The notes under the pieces: generated by a model | Told to the model about the DNA's origin: nothing | What the model saw: only the letters and a program-made list of their open reading frames with translations | Databases searched by the model: none | Program-made: the position numbers and the translations under genes | Shown: positions 6,701 to 16,385 of the stretch, in pieces | Layout: each line of letters starts with the position of its first letter | Numbering within the stretch: position 1 is the first letter of the stretch | Assembly: GCA_028706395.1 (NCBI GenBank) | Contig: JAQWBL010000003.1 | Span: forward strand, 14,039-78,038 | Source of the DNA: Bacilli bacterium | GTDB lineage: Bacteria > Bacillota_I > Bacilli_A > RF39 > UBA660 | Length of the DNA stretch: 64,000 nt | Reading direction: 5' to 3'

Positions 6701-7699
6701 TTGAAAAAGGTTTTACTATTATGTGGTGGCCGATCAACAGAACATTATATTTCATGCTTATCAGCTATAACAATAATTGAAAACATTGATAAACAAAAAT
6801 ATGAATTAACAACTGTAATAATTGATGAATCAAACCGTTTCTATGTTTTTAATGATGATCCATCATATTTACAAAATGGGACATGGAGGGAATCTGAAAA
6901 TATTCATTTAATCTCTAATATAATCACTTATTTATCTAAGTTTGACATTATCTTTCCTATTACCCATGGTAATAATGGAGAAGACGGCAAATTACAAGGT
7001 TTTTTAGACTTGTTTGATATTAAATATGTCGGCTCAAAAACGTTGGCTAGTGCCCTTGGTATGGACAAAAGAATGGCTAAAATTATTTTTAATCATTTAG
7101 AAATCCCTCAAGTACCATATATTACTTTTACTTATCCTAATTATTCAATAAAAGAAATAAAAAAACAATTGAACTATCCGGTAATTGTTAAACCAGCCAA
7201 CGGTGGTTCATCTATTGGAATTACTAAAGCTAACAATAAAAAAGAATTAACCACGGCAATCGAAGTTGCTAGTAATTATGATGATATCATTATTGTTGAA
7301 AAATTTATTAAAGCCAAAGAACTAGAATGTTCAGTTATTGAACATAAAAAGCTAATAGCATCAACTATTGGAGAAATAGTACCTGCTAATGAATTTTATG
7401 ATTATAATGCGAAATATGAAAACAATACATCACAAACCATTATTCCCGCCATTATTCCTAAAAATATTTCATCACTAATTAAGGATTATGCTAAAAAGGC
7501 CTTCATAGGGATTGGAGCTAGCGGATTTTCACGTGTTGATTTCTTCTACGATGAAGAAAATAATCAAGTATATCTTAATGAAATAAATACTATCCCAGGA
7601 TTTACAACTATTAGTATGTTTCCCCAATTATTAATGTTTGATACTATAAGTATCACGGAAATTATTAGTATTTTAATAGAAAACGAATTAAAAAGATAG
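6701..7699 (+). CDS. ddl: D-alanine--D-alanine ligase
   Basis: LLCGGRSTEH, GEDGKLQGFLD, VKPANGGSSIGI, LNEINTIPGFT. The track starts at GTG 6692, but SD GAGGTG (6689-6694) is spaced 6 nt from TTG 6701, so TTG is the likelier start. Confidence 0.9.
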   Translation: MKKVLLLCGGRSTEHYISCLSAITIIENIDKQKYELTTVIIDESNRFYVFNDDPSYLQNGTWRESENIHLISNIITYLSKFDIIFPITHGNNGEDGKLQGFLDLFDIKYVGSKTLASALGMDKRMAKIIFNHLEIPQVPYITFTYPNYSIKEIKKQLNYPVIVKPANGGSSIGITKANNKKELTTAIEVASNYDDIIIVEKFIKAKELECSVIEHKKLIASTIGEIVPANEFYDYNAKYENNTSQTIIPAIIPKNISSLIKDYAKKAFIGIGASGFSRVDFFYDEENNQVYLNEINTIPGFTTISMFPQLLMFDTISITEIISILIENELKR

Positions 7700-7715
7700 A
7701 TCTTACGATCTATCT
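7694..7715. terminator. bidirectional terminator shared by convergent ddl and typA
   Basis: AGATAGATC-ttac-GATCTATCT, a perfect 9-bp stem. It contains both stop codons (ddl TAG 7697-7699; typA TAG 7714-7716). Confidence 0.75.
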
Positions 7716-9522
7716 ATTTTCTACTATCAAATTTCTTTCTTTCATTAGTATTTAAAATTTTCTTTCTTAATCTAATATTTTGTGGGGTTATTTCAACCAA
7801 TTCATCACTATTAATATAATCTAAAGCATACTCAAGAGTAATTGGACGTGGACGTTTTAAAACAACTGTTTTATCACTACCAGCAGCACGCATATTAGTT
7901 AATTGTTTTCCCTTAACAACGTTAACTGCTAAATCATTTTCACGGTTACATTCACCAACAATCATACCTTCATATACTTCAGTTCCTGGTTCAATAAACA
8001 TAATTCCACGATCTTCTAATTGACCTATTCCATAAGCTGAGGCTTTTCCGTTTTCCATTGATACTAAAACACCAAGTTTTCTTTCACCAATTTCATGTAT
8101 CTCAACTGGTAAATATTCTTTAAAAGTATGGTTTAAAATTCCATATCCTTTTGTCATTGTCATAAATACCGTTCTAAAACCAATCAGACCTCGTGATGGA
8201 ATAACATAATTTAATCGAACTTGTCCATTAATATTAAGCATATTAGACATTGTTCCTCCACGAACCCCTAAATTTTCAATAACCGTTCCAACACTTTCTT
8301 CTGGAACATCCATTTGTAAATCTTCATAAGGTTCATATTTTTTACCATCTATTTCTTTAATAATAACTTGTGGTTTTGATACTTCTAATTCAAAACCTTC
8401 ACGACGCATATTTTCAATTAAGATAGATAAATGTAATTCTCCACGACCGGATACAATCCAAGACTCTGAATCATTTTGTTCGACACGTAAACTTACATCA
8501 CTTTCCGTTTGTTTAAATAAACGTTCTTCGATTTTTCTAGCTGTTAATAATTTTCCGTCTTTTCCATTAAAAGGACTGCTATTAACTCCAAAAGTCATTT
8601 GTAAGGTTGGTTCATCAATTCTTAAATGAGGTAAAGCTTCTTCTTTACCAACATTACATAAAGTCTCACCAACACTAATATCTGATAATCCAGCAACTGC
8701 TACAATATCCCCAGCATGAGCTTCGTTTATCTCAACTCTATGAAGTCCAAAGAAACCAAATAATTTTTGAATACGAAATTGTTTGATACTTCCATCTAAT
8801 CTAACACAAGAAACCATTTCATTAACTTTGATAGTTCCTCTTTTAACTAAACCAATTCCAATTCTTCCAACATAATCATTATAATCTAAAAGTGCTGGTT
8901 GGAACTGTAATGTTCCTTCACTTACTCTTGGAGCCGGGATATAATTAATAATCATATCTAAAATAGGATCCATCGTATCTTCTTGATCCTCAACTTTAGG
9001 ACTCAAGCTACTGGTACCAGCTAACCCTGAAGCATAAATTACTGGAAAGTCTAATTGATCTATGTCTGCGCCTAATTCAATAAATAGGTCTAAAACTTCA
9101 TCAACCACTTCTTTTGGTCTAGCTGTTTCTTTATCAATCTTATTAACAACTACAATTGGTGTTACTTTTGCTTCTAATGCTTTTTTTAAAACAAACCTTG
9201 TTTGAGGCATGGTTCCCTCATAAGCATCAACAACTAATAAAACGCCATCAACCATATTCATAATACGTTCAACTTCGCCCCCAAAGTCAGCATGACCTGG
9301 AGTATCTAAAATATTAATTCTAAAATCTTTATAATTAATTGCTGTTGTCTTTGATAAGATTGTAATTCCACGTTCCTTTTCAATATCATTGGAATCCATT
9401 ACTCTTTTTCCAACAACTTCATTTTCTCTAAATGTTCCTGATTTTTGCAATAATTTATCAACTAATGTTGTTTTACCATGGTCAACATGGGCGATTATTG
9501 CAATATTTCTAATGTTTTTCAT
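7714..9522 (-). CDS. typA: translational GTPase TypA/BipA
   Basis: AIIAHVDHGKTTLVD, DTPGHADFGGEVER, NKIDK. Start moved to the ATG at 9520-9522 (MKNIRNIAII), which has SD AGAGGAAG and lies downstream of the predicted promoter. Confidence 0.95.
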   Translation of the reverse strand: MKNIRNIAIIAHVDHGKTTLVDKLLQKSGTFRENEVVGKRVMDSNDIEKERGITILSKTTAINYKDFRINILDTPGHADFGGEVERIMNMVDGVLLVVDAYEGTMPQTRFVLKKALEAKVTPIVVVNKIDKETARPKEVVDEVLDLFIELGADIDQLDFPVIYASGLAGTSSLSPKVEDQEDTMDPILDMIINYIPAPRVSEGTLQFQPALLDYNDYVGRIGIGLVKRGTIKVNEMVSCVRLDGSIKQFRIQKLFGFFGLHRVEINEAHAGDIVAVAGLSDISVGETLCNVGKEEALPHLRIDEPTLQMTFGVNSSPFNGKDGKLLTARKIEERLFKQTESDVSLRVEQNDSESWIVSGRGELHLSILIENMRREGFELEVSKPQVIIKEIDGKKYEPYEDLQMDVPEESVGTVIENLGVRGGTMSNMLNINGQVRLNYVIPSRGLIGFRTVFMTMTKGYGILNHTFKEYLPVEIHEIGERKLGVLVSMENGKASAYGIGQLEDRGIMFIEPGTEVYEGMIVGECNRENDLAVNVVKGKQLTNMRAAGSDKTVVLKRPRPITLEYALDYINSDELVEITPQNIRLRKKILNTNERKKFDSRK

Positions 9523-9546
9523 AAATACACTTCCTCTAACTGGCAT

Positions 9547-9576
9547 ATTATATCATATCCTGTTAAAACATGTAAA
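9547..9576 (-). promoter_or_regulatory. sigma-A-type promoter of typA
   Basis: Minus strand reads TTTACA (9571-9576), 18 nt, TATAAT (9547-9552). Confidence 0.5.
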
Positions 9577-9627
9577 CAAAAACATGAAATATCTTTTTTC
9601 ACATTGACAATTAACTTATTAAAATCT

Positions 9628-10362
9628 TTATTCCAACACGTCTTTCGGGGAAATATCCCTATTTCTTTCAAAAACAACGAGCTTGTTGTCAATATCTACT
9701 GTAGCCAATAATATTCTTTCATAATCTTTATAACCTTGTTTTTTAAGTTCCTTTAATAACCAATCTTCACTTTTTTTAATAATTTTCAAATTATTATTCA
9801 TTAATTTGCTATCAATAATTACATTCGCACATAATCCTTGTTTTTGAATTGGTAGATTCATATCTTCAATTACTAATGGTTTATATTTCCCTTTAGGTAA
9901 AATACTTAAAGTACCATTTACCTCCATAATCGCATATTCAATTTCAGATATATCAAAAAAGCCTTTAGCACGACATTCTTCTAATAAATCATTAATATCT
10001 AGCTTAACCTTAATCATATTTTTTTCTAATAGTTTTCCATCCTGAATCATAATTGTTGGCGTTCCCATAAAAAATCGTCTTAATTTAATGCTCTTGAGAG
10101 TAGCGTAAGATACAAGATAAGCCATTACCCCAAAAACAACTACTGCTAAAATACCATTTAAATAATGAGATTCTAGATTAATAGTCATTTCAGCCGCAAA
10201 ATTACCTATTGATATTCCAATTACATAATCAAACAAACTTAATTGCGATACTTGCTTTTTTCCAAGCATTTTAGTTATTAAAAATAATGTAACTAGTGAT
10301 AACATTGCTCTGATAAATACATCGAACAACTCTACCCAGTTAACATCGACCAGATCACTCAT
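9628..10362 (-). CDS. DUF421 (YetF/YrbG-type) membrane protein
   Basis: 244 aa. LGKKQVSQLSLFDYVIGISIGNFAAE and EIEYAIMEVNGTLSILPK match the B. subtilis YetF-family pattern. Confidence 0.8.
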   Translation of the reverse strand: MSDLVDVNWVELFDVFIRAMLSLVTLFLITKMLGKKQVSQLSLFDYVIGISIGNFAAEMTINLESHYLNGILAVVVFGVMAYLVSYATLKSIKLRRFFMGTPTIMIQDGKLLEKNMIKVKLDINDLLEECRAKGFFDISEIEYAIMEVNGTLSILPKGKYKPLVIEDMNLPIQKQGLCANVIIDSKLMNNNLKIIKKSEDWLLKELKKQGYKDYERILLATVDIDNKLVVFERNRDISPKDVLE

Positions 10363-10409
10363 AATATATCACCATTTTTAGTATCAATAAAAAAAAGGAT
10401 TTTATACCT

Positions 10410-11483
10410 TTATTTGTTTTTTCTAAATTTGAAACCTTTAGTTATCTTTTCTTTTAAATCTTCGTGACTGATAATAACATCTGTTTTCAAAATAAAAGTT
10501 AAGACAATAATAATAAGTAGTCCATATATAATATAACCAACTGATGATTTTAATATATACACAATTGATGCAACAGCAAATAAAATATTAATTACATAAA
10601 TAATAAGCACTACTGTTTGTTGACTTAAATTACGTTTTAGTAATTGATGATGAATATGATATTTATCAGGTGTCGAAATACTTTGACCTTTAATAAACCT
10701 TCTTAAAATCGCAAAAATAACATCAAGAATAGGAATGGCTAATATCAACAATGGAACAATCAATGATGTCATTGTAACATTTTTAAATCCTAAAAGAGCG
10801 ATAACTGAAATAATAAAACCTAAAAACATTGAGCCACTATCTCCCATAAAGATACTAGCGGGATAAAAATTATGAACTAAAAATCCGAGAGTAGAACCTA
10901 ACATAGTAAATGTTAAAACAAAATCTAATCCCGTTTTTTGTTGAATAACGGCAATTATTCCAATTGTTAAAAAGTAAATTGAACTTATTCCACCTGCTAA
11001 ACCATCTAGTCCATCAATAAAATTCATACAATTAATACATCCGAGAATAAAAAAGATTGTTAATGGATAAGTTAAAAACCCAAAATGAATATATATTCCA
11101 AAGGCACTAATATCTTGCAATAAAATATTACCATAAAATACAACTACACATGCAGCAATTAATTGACCAATAAACTTGGTCGATGATTTAAGTGGTTTAA
11201 TATCGTCAACAACACCTGTCAATACAATAATAAAACTACCGATTAAAACAGCATTCATAATTGAACTTGGTTCACCAAAAATCATATAACCAAGTAAAAA
11301 ACCTAAATAAATACCTAATCCGCCTAATCTCGGAATTGGTACTTTATGAACCTTTCTCTCATTTGGAATATCCATAGCCCCAATATGAAGGGCAACCTTT
11401 TTAATAAAAGGAATAATAAATGCTACGAATAGTAGAGTTGAAAAAACCATTAAAAATATGTATGAGATGTTCTCATTAGTCAT
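10410..11483 (-). CDS. tagO: undecaprenyl-phosphate GlcNAc-1-phosphate transferase (TagO/WecA, MraY-like)
   Basis: 357 aa, polytopic. PNERKVHKVPIPRLGGLGIY, NFIDGLDGLAGG, FMGDSGSMFLGF. Confidence 0.85.
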   Translation of the reverse strand: MTNENISYIFLMVFSTLLFVAFIIPFIKKVALHIGAMDIPNERKVHKVPIPRLGGLGIYLGFLLGYMIFGEPSSIMNAVLIGSFIIVLTGVVDDIKPLKSSTKFIGQLIAACVVVFYGNILLQDISAFGIYIHFGFLTYPLTIFFILGCINCMNFIDGLDGLAGGISSIYFLTIGIIAVIQQKTGLDFVLTFTMLGSTLGFLVHNFYPASIFMGDSGSMFLGFIISVIALLGFKNVTMTSLIVPLLILAIPILDVIFAILRRFIKGQSISTPDKYHIHHQLLKRNLSQQTVVLIIYVINILFAVASIVYILKSSVGYIIYGLLIIIVLTFILKTDVIISHEDLKEKITKGFKFRKNK

Positions 11484-11506
11484 TTATATCACCACTCTAA
11501 TTTTAG

Positions 11507-11545
11507 CAAAAAAAATAATATAAGTCTACAAATTAAACTTATATT
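11507..11545 (-). terminator. intrinsic terminator after mbl
   Basis: AATATAAGT / ACTTATATT, 9-bp stem (11517-11545), followed on the minus strand by a 9-nt T-run. Confidence 0.7.
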
Positions 11546-11560
11546 ATCTTAACCTAACTT

Positions 11561-12559
11561 TTATTTGTCAATTAAATGAATATTTTCTAATAGAAGGCCT
11601 GTCCCTTCAACAACACAAGTAAGTGGACTTTCAGCAATAAAGACGGGAACTTTTAATTCGTGAGATAAAAGTTGATCAAATCCTTCAATTAAAGCTCCAC
11701 CACCAGTAACAACAATACCTTTATCAATAATATCAGCAGATAATTCCGGAGGTGTTTGTTCCAATACATTTTTAGCCGTATGAACAATCATATAAACACT
11801 TTCGCGCAAAGCCTCTTCAACTTCTAATGAACAAATTGTTATAGTATGTGGTAATCCCGTAACTAAGTCACGACCTCTAACTTCCATTTTTTCGTTTTTG
11901 TCGTTTGGAAAGACAGTACCAATTGTCATTTTAATTTCTTCAGCTGTTCTATCCCCAATTAATAATTTATATTTTTCTTTAATATATTTCATAATATCCG
12001 CATCAAAAACATTACCAGCAACCTTAATAGATGAATTTGTAACAATTCCCCCTAATGAAAGAATCGCAATATCAGTAGTTCCCCCACCAATGTCGATAAC
12101 CATATTACCGCTTGGTTTAGAAATATCCATTCCCGCACCAATTGCTGCAACTTTAGGCTCGTCCTCTAAAAAAACTTTTTTTGCTCCGGTTCTCTCAGCA
12201 GCTTCTTTAATCGCATTTTTCTCAACTTGGGTAATATTAGAAGGACAACATATTAAAATTCTTGGTCTTGAAAAAAAACTACGACCATTTACTTTTCTAA
12301 TAAAATGATTAAGCATAATTTCAGTAATTTCAAAATCTGCTATAACTCCATCTTTCATTGGTCTGATTGCTTTAACCTTTCCCGGTGTACGACCAAGCAT
12401 ATCTCTAGCTTCTTTACCAACTGCCAATGGCTTTTTTGTTTCCGAATCAATTGCAACAACACTTGGTTCATTTAAGACAATACCTTGGCCTTTAATATGA
12501 ATAAGTACGTTCGCTGTACCTAAATCAAGTCCAATATCCTTTGAAAACATATTAAACAT
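11561..12559 (-). CDS. mbl: actin-like rod-shape protein MreB/Mbl
   Basis: DIGLDLGTANVLIHIKGQGIVLNEPSVVA, DIGGGTTDIA. Position directly downstream of spoIIID matches B. subtilis mbl. Confidence 0.9.
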   Translation of the reverse strand: MFNMFSKDIGLDLGTANVLIHIKGQGIVLNEPSVVAIDSETKKPLAVGKEARDMLGRTPGKVKAIRPMKDGVIADFEITEIMLNHFIRKVNGRSFFSRPRILICCPSNITQVEKNAIKEAAERTGAKKVFLEDEPKVAAIGAGMDISKPSGNMVIDIGGGTTDIAILSLGGIVTNSSIKVAGNVFDADIMKYIKEKYKLLIGDRTAEEIKMTIGTVFPNDKNEKMEVRGRDLVTGLPHTITICSLEVEEALRESVYMIVHTAKNVLEQTPPELSADIIDKGIVVTGGGALIEGFDQLLSHELKVPVFIAESPLTCVVEGTGLLLENIHLIDK

Positions 12560-12614
12560 ATTATCCGCCTCTTTTCCTTCAATTATTATATCATAGACTA
12601 CTTTTATTTGGTAG

Positions 12615-12869
12615 TTATTTCCTTAATTTTAAATACTTTTTTTTAGTTGATTCTCCACCCCTTAAATGTCTTATCTTAATATGGTGTTTTAGTATTTTAT
12701 CAACTTTATTATAAATGTTTTTATTAATAATAGGTAATCTCTCTTGCAAGTCTTTATGAACAGTACTTTTAGAAACATTAAAAACTTCTGCTATTTCACG
12801 AATCGTTTTTTCGGTTTTAAGAATATAATCGGCTTCCATAATCACACGATTAAAAATCATCTCACTCAT
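12615..12869 (-). CDS. spoIIID: stage III sporulation protein D (HTH regulator)
   Basis: 84 aa. TIREIAEVFNVSKSTVHKDLQERLPIIN. Conserved spoIIID-mbl synteny. Confidence 0.9.
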   Translation of the reverse strand: MSEMIFNRVIMEADYILKTEKTIREIAEVFNVSKSTVHKDLQERLPIINKNIYNKVDKILKHHIKIRHLRGGESTKKKYLKLRK

Positions 12870-12936
12870 ATATACTCCCCTTTAATTAATTATAGTTAAT
12901 TAAAGGTTTTTTAGACCTAAAAAGGAGCCCAGCTCC

Positions 12937-13572
12937 CTATAAATCACCTAATCCTTTTTCATAATATTCTTCAGGATTAACAGCTTGTCCTTTGTAAATA
13001 AATTCAAAATGTAAATGATCACCTAAATCTTTACTAAAATTAGAGTTTCCACTTTTTCCAATTATTTGACCTTGAATAATAGGATCATCTTTCTTAACCA
13101 CTACCTCACCTAAACTTTGATAAACACTAATCATATCATTACTATGTTTAATTTCAACAATCTTACCAAGTAAATTATCTTCCTTAACATCAATAACAGT
13201 TCCATCTAAAATAGATATTACATCAAACTTTTCAACGCCACCATAATCAACGCCACTATTTTGATAATAAGTATCGGCATGAAAGATAATAGATGTTTCT
13301 TGCTTCGCATTGTCTGCTAAATAATCGTAATATCCTTTAATAATTTTAACTTCTTCATTCATATAAGGACGTTTGATTGTTTTTTCTACATTAACAACCG
13401 GTACTTCATCTTCAACTATAGTTTTAGATACATAATCATAATCATCTTCTTCTGGTTTAAAGATATTTTTAGAAATAGATACTTCTATTACATAAATTAA
13501 ACCTATAATTAATAAAAAACCAGTAACATATCCAGCATAAACAACACCCTTTTTTAATACTCTCTTTTCCAT
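12937..13572 (-). CDS. spoIIQ: stage II sporulation protein Q-like (TM + degenerate LytM/M23 domain)
   Basis: Start moved to ATG 13570-13572 (MEKRVLKKG) with SD AGAGGTGA. N-terminal TM. The M23 domain keeps HLHFE, but the HxxxD motif reads NSGVD (His lost), as in B. subtilis SpoIIQ. Lies between spoIID and spoIIID. Confidence 0.65.
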   Translation of the reverse strand: MEKRVLKKGVVYAGYVTGFLLIIGLIYVIEVSISKNIFKPEEDDYDYVSKTIVEDEVPVVNVEKTIKRPYMNEEVKIIKGYYDYLADNAKQETSIIFHADTYYQNSGVDYGGVEKFDVISILDGTVIDVKEDNLLGKIVEIKHSNDMISVYQSLGEVVVKKDDPIIQGQIIGKSGNSNFSKDLGDHLHFEFIYKGQAVNPEEYYEKGLGDL

Positions 13573-13625
13573 TAATTTCACCTCTATTTTAAGTGTGAAC
13601 ATTAATAAAAATTTTATTCATTTTT

Positions 13626-14543
13626 TTAAATTTTTTTGATTTCAACACCTAAATAATAATGTTTTAAAATCTCATCATAAGTATATCCGAGTCTAGCCAT
13701 CGCTTCCGCACCATATTGACTCATACCGACTCCATGTCCATAACCTTTGGTTGTTATTTTAATCTTATCACCATTTTGAGCAATCGTGAAAAAAGCTGAA
13801 CGAAGATTCAAATTAGTAACAACCTCACTAGCTGAAAATATCTTACCGTTAATCATAATTTCTTTTACTCGTCCAGTACTTGTTGTTTTTAACAATTTAT
13901 ATGTTATCTTTGATGCCTTAGGAAGTCCTAATTTATTACAAAAGTCGCTTACCGTAAAATTAAAATAATCATAAAATACTGGTGACACCCCTTCTTCCCA
14001 AGACGAATCAACACTTCTTAAATAAGGAACTTTATTAATAAAAACATCTTCACTATTTTCCGTTTTTCCAACGCTAGTAGAAAAAAAGAAAGCTTCTACA
14101 ACACTTCCTTTATATTCTAAATATTCACCACGAGTTGAATTAACAGCTTGTCTTATTTTTTTTATTTTAGAATCAAAATCCTCTTTCCAAGCGGTTTTTA
14201 AATAATCTTCATCCAAATAAACTTGATTCATAATTGTATCCACTACATCATAATCTTTATCTTTATTATATGCCATTTTTTTCATCACATAGCTTCTTGC
14301 AGCCACGGTTTGAGCCTTTAATGCTTCCATATTAAAACTTACGGGCATCTCTCCGGCTAAAACACCGACAATATATTCTTCAAAAGGAACATGATCAATC
14401 TTACCATTATCTCTTTTAACTCGAACATTCATGTTGGAAACATATTTAAAATCATATTTTTCTTCTTGAATAAATATCGTTATTATTAAAAATGGTATAA
14501 AAATAATGATCAAAGTAGTAATTATTATTTTTTTAAGATCCAC
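13626..14543 (-). CDS. spoIID: stage II sporulation protein D (lytic transglycosylase)
   Basis: EALKAQTVAARSYV, GHGVGMSQYGA. GTG start with SD GGAGGG. Confidence 0.9.
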   Translation of the reverse strand: MDLKKIIITTLIIIFIPFLIITIFIQEEKYDFKYVSNMNVRVKRDNGKIDHVPFEEYIVGVLAGEMPVSFNMEALKAQTVAARSYVMKKMAYNKDKDYDVVDTIMNQVYLDEDYLKTAWKEDFDSKIKKIRQAVNSTRGEYLEYKGSVVEAFFFSTSVGKTENSEDVFINKVPYLRSVDSSWEEGVSPVFYDYFNFTVSDFCNKLGLPKASKITYKLLKTTSTGRVKEIMINGKIFSASEVVTNLNLRSAFFTIAQNGDKIKITTKGYGHGVGMSQYGAEAMARLGYTYDEILKHYYLGVEIKKI

Positions 14544-14590
14544 AGTATCCCTCCGTATTACATCAGTAAAACAAACAAATACTACTAAAT

Positions 14591-14788
14591 CTAAATAATC
14601 TTTGTGTAATTAAAAAAGTCCATAAAAAAGTTAACAACTAAATAAGACAAGCTCAAACAAATCATAATATATAATATGCTTGCCTGATAAATCTTATTCT
14701 TTTTAAAAATAGAATTAATATTAACACCATCTAAAGCCCAAATAACAACTGGCGTAACGAAAATGTACAATAATGCTTTAATACTCAT
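14591..14788 (-). CDS. DUF1146 (YwzB-like) small membrane protein
   Basis: 65 aa, two TM segments. Overlaps the rpiB stop by 11 nt. Family assignment is from memory. Confidence 0.5.
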   Translation of the reverse strand: MSIKALLYIFVTPVVIWALDGVNINSIFKKNKIYQASILYIMICLSLSYLVVNFFMDFFNYTKII

Positions 14789-15221
14789 TTAAATAATCAT
14801 CAATCTTTGTTAATCTTCTAACATGTCTTTCATCACCACTAAAACTAGTTTTCAAAAAAACATCAAGGATATCTTTCATTCTCATTAAGCTCATATAACT
14901 CGATAAAGTTATTACATTAGCATTATTATGGGTTCTAGACAGTTTGGCTTCTAATAAATTGTCAACTTTGGCACATCTAATATTTTTAACTTTATTACTG
15001 GCAATACACATTCCAACACCAGTACCACAAATTAAAATTCCGATTTCAATCTCACCCTCATTAATTTTTTCACCTATTTTAAAAGCATAATCAGGATAAT
15101 CAACTGAATCTTCACTATCAGTTCCATAGTTATATATAGTATGGCCTTTTTTTTCTAAATATTTTATTAATTTTTGTTTTTGTTTAACACCACGATGATC
15201 TGTAGCAATTCCAATATTCAT
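14778..15221 (-). CDS. rpiB: ribose-5-phosphate isomerase B
   Basis: IGIATDHRG, ILICGTGVGMCIASNK, RpiB/LacA/LacB family. Confidence 0.9.
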   Translation of the reverse strand: MNIGIATDHRGVKQKQKLIKYLEKKGHTIYNYGTDSEDSVDYPDYAFKIGEKINEGEIEIGILICGTGVGMCIASNKVKNIRCAKVDNLLEAKLSRTHNNANVITLSSYMSLMRMKDILDVFLKTSFSGDERHVRRLTKIDDYLNEY

Positions 15222-15392
15222 ATTATTCTCCTATCTTTTAATATAAATTAATTATATCACGACCAATTATGTTTGTACATATTATAAATACACATATAAT
15301 TCAGACTAAATATCATTTTTTTCAAAAATTAAGGTTGTTTATATACGCATTTTTACAGTTTTTTAATAACCTATAACAAGGGAGGGATTATT

Positions 15393-15470
15393 ATGGGTAA
15401 TATTGCTGGAAGATGTAATCCATGTATTTTAATCGTATTATTTGTACTTTTAATCATTGTATTATTCTAG
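15393..15470 (+). CDS. YjcZ-like tiny sporulation membrane peptide (25 aa)
   Basis: Not in the track. SD GGGAGGG lies 6 nt before the ATG. MGNIAGRCNPCILIVLFVLLIIVLF resembles the 'ALIVVLFILLIIVG' core of the YjcZ / tiny-TM Bacillus family. Followed by a terminator. Confidence 0.45.
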   Translation: MGNIAGRCNPCILIVLFVLLIIVLF

Positions 15471-15477
15471 ATAACAA

Positions 15478-15500
15478 AACCTCGTATTTTTTACGAGGTT
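15478..15500 (+). terminator. intrinsic terminator after the micro-ORF
   Basis: AACCTCGT-attttt t-ACGAGGTT, perfect 8-bp stem, then CTTTTTTT. Overlaps the 3' end of the convergent gene 15491..16084. Confidence 0.7.
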
Positions 15501-16084
15501 CTTTTTTTAATTAATTTCTTTTGCCTATTTAAATCCATTTTATGATATTCCGATAAAATTTGAAAACAATATCCCCTAAATAAAAGTTTTCCACCTAATA
15601 CATAATCATTAGTATTATAACAACCACTTGTTTTGTGAAAATTATAATTAATATTAAGTTCCCTTTTAGCATCTTCAAAAATGGTATCGACTTCACAATC
15701 TGTAATCGTATTATTATATACAGTAAATGCAATCGCATCACCAAGGATAATTGGTTCAATAATATCTGCTCTATCAGCTGTTTTTATAAGCGGATTATAT
15801 TCTAACTTATAATTATTATCCATAAGCATACTATTAATGTCGTCAGGTAATTCTTTATATATATTTCGATGAATTAAATCATGCCCATCATATAATATTT
15901 TAAGATTTCTTGCTTTTTCAATGATACTTATCCTTTTCATTACATAACTAATTAAAATAAGGTTTTTGTAATGAATTTTATCTTCTATATATCTAGAATT
16001 TACAACATCATAAACATACATCTTATATAAAGATTTATCATTTTGACTTTCACAAAACATATCGTAATATTCAATACTTGACAT
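15491..16084 (-). CDS. hypothetical protein (197 aa, no family recognised)
   Basis: ORF track, SD GGAGGATG. Only a weak resemblance to a DxxxSR...GD (SatD-like) layout, which I do not trust. Confidence 0.55.
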   Translation of the reverse strand: MSSIEYYDMFCESQNDKSLYKMYVYDVVNSRYIEDKIHYKNLILISYVMKRISIIEKARNLKILYDGHDLIHRNIYKELPDDINSMLMDNNYKLEYNPLIKTADRADIIEPIILGDAIAFTVYNNTITDCEVDTIFEDAKRELNINYNFHKTSGCYNTNDYVLGGKLLFRGYCFQILSEYHKMDLNRQKKLIKKRTS

Positions 16085-16160
16085 AGCATCCTCCTATATC
16101 TTTTATAGTGCTCTAAATGAATCCTAAAATTTATAACTTGCATCACTCAAATATATTATA

Positions 16161-16191
16161 TCAAAAAAACTCTAATATGTAATTAGAGTTT
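16161..16191 (-). terminator. intrinsic terminator after tRNA-Trp
   Basis: AAACTCTAAT / ATTAGAGTTT, perfect 10-bp stem (16167-16191), with a T-run on the minus strand. Confidence 0.75.
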
Positions 16192-16201
16192 GACTTCAAT
16201 T

Positions 16202-16276
16202 TGGCAGGGAGTTTCGGATTCGAACCGAAGTTCTCGGTTTTGGAGACCAAGCGAATAACCACTAACTCAACTCCCT
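16202..16276 (-). tRNA. tRNA-Trp (anticodon CCA)
   Basis: Minus strand AGGGAGTTGAGTTAGTGGTTATTCGCTTGGTCTCCAAAACCGAGAACTTCGGTTCGAATCCGAAACTCCCTGCCA. 7-bp acceptor stem, anticodon loop CTCCAAA, T-arm TTCGG/TTCGAAT/CCGAA, encoded CCA. The D-arm geometry is slightly unusual by hand folding. Confidence 0.85.
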
Positions 16277-16385
16277 ATATAAAATAATATCTTACTTCTT
16301 TCAAAGTATTTAGAGTATATCATAATTTCATTTAATTTTCAATAATATTTAAGTCATTTACTCATATATTTAAATAGGTGATTAG

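Noticed and set aside
9389-9711. Two plus-strand ORFs (9389..9607, 9478..9711)
   Set aside because: They are antisense to the typA 5' end, its promoter, and the DUF421 3' end. They have no SD and no recognisable protein features.
11898-12308. 136-aa plus-strand ORF inside mbl
   Set aside because: It is a shadow ORF antisense to a highly conserved MreB-family gene.
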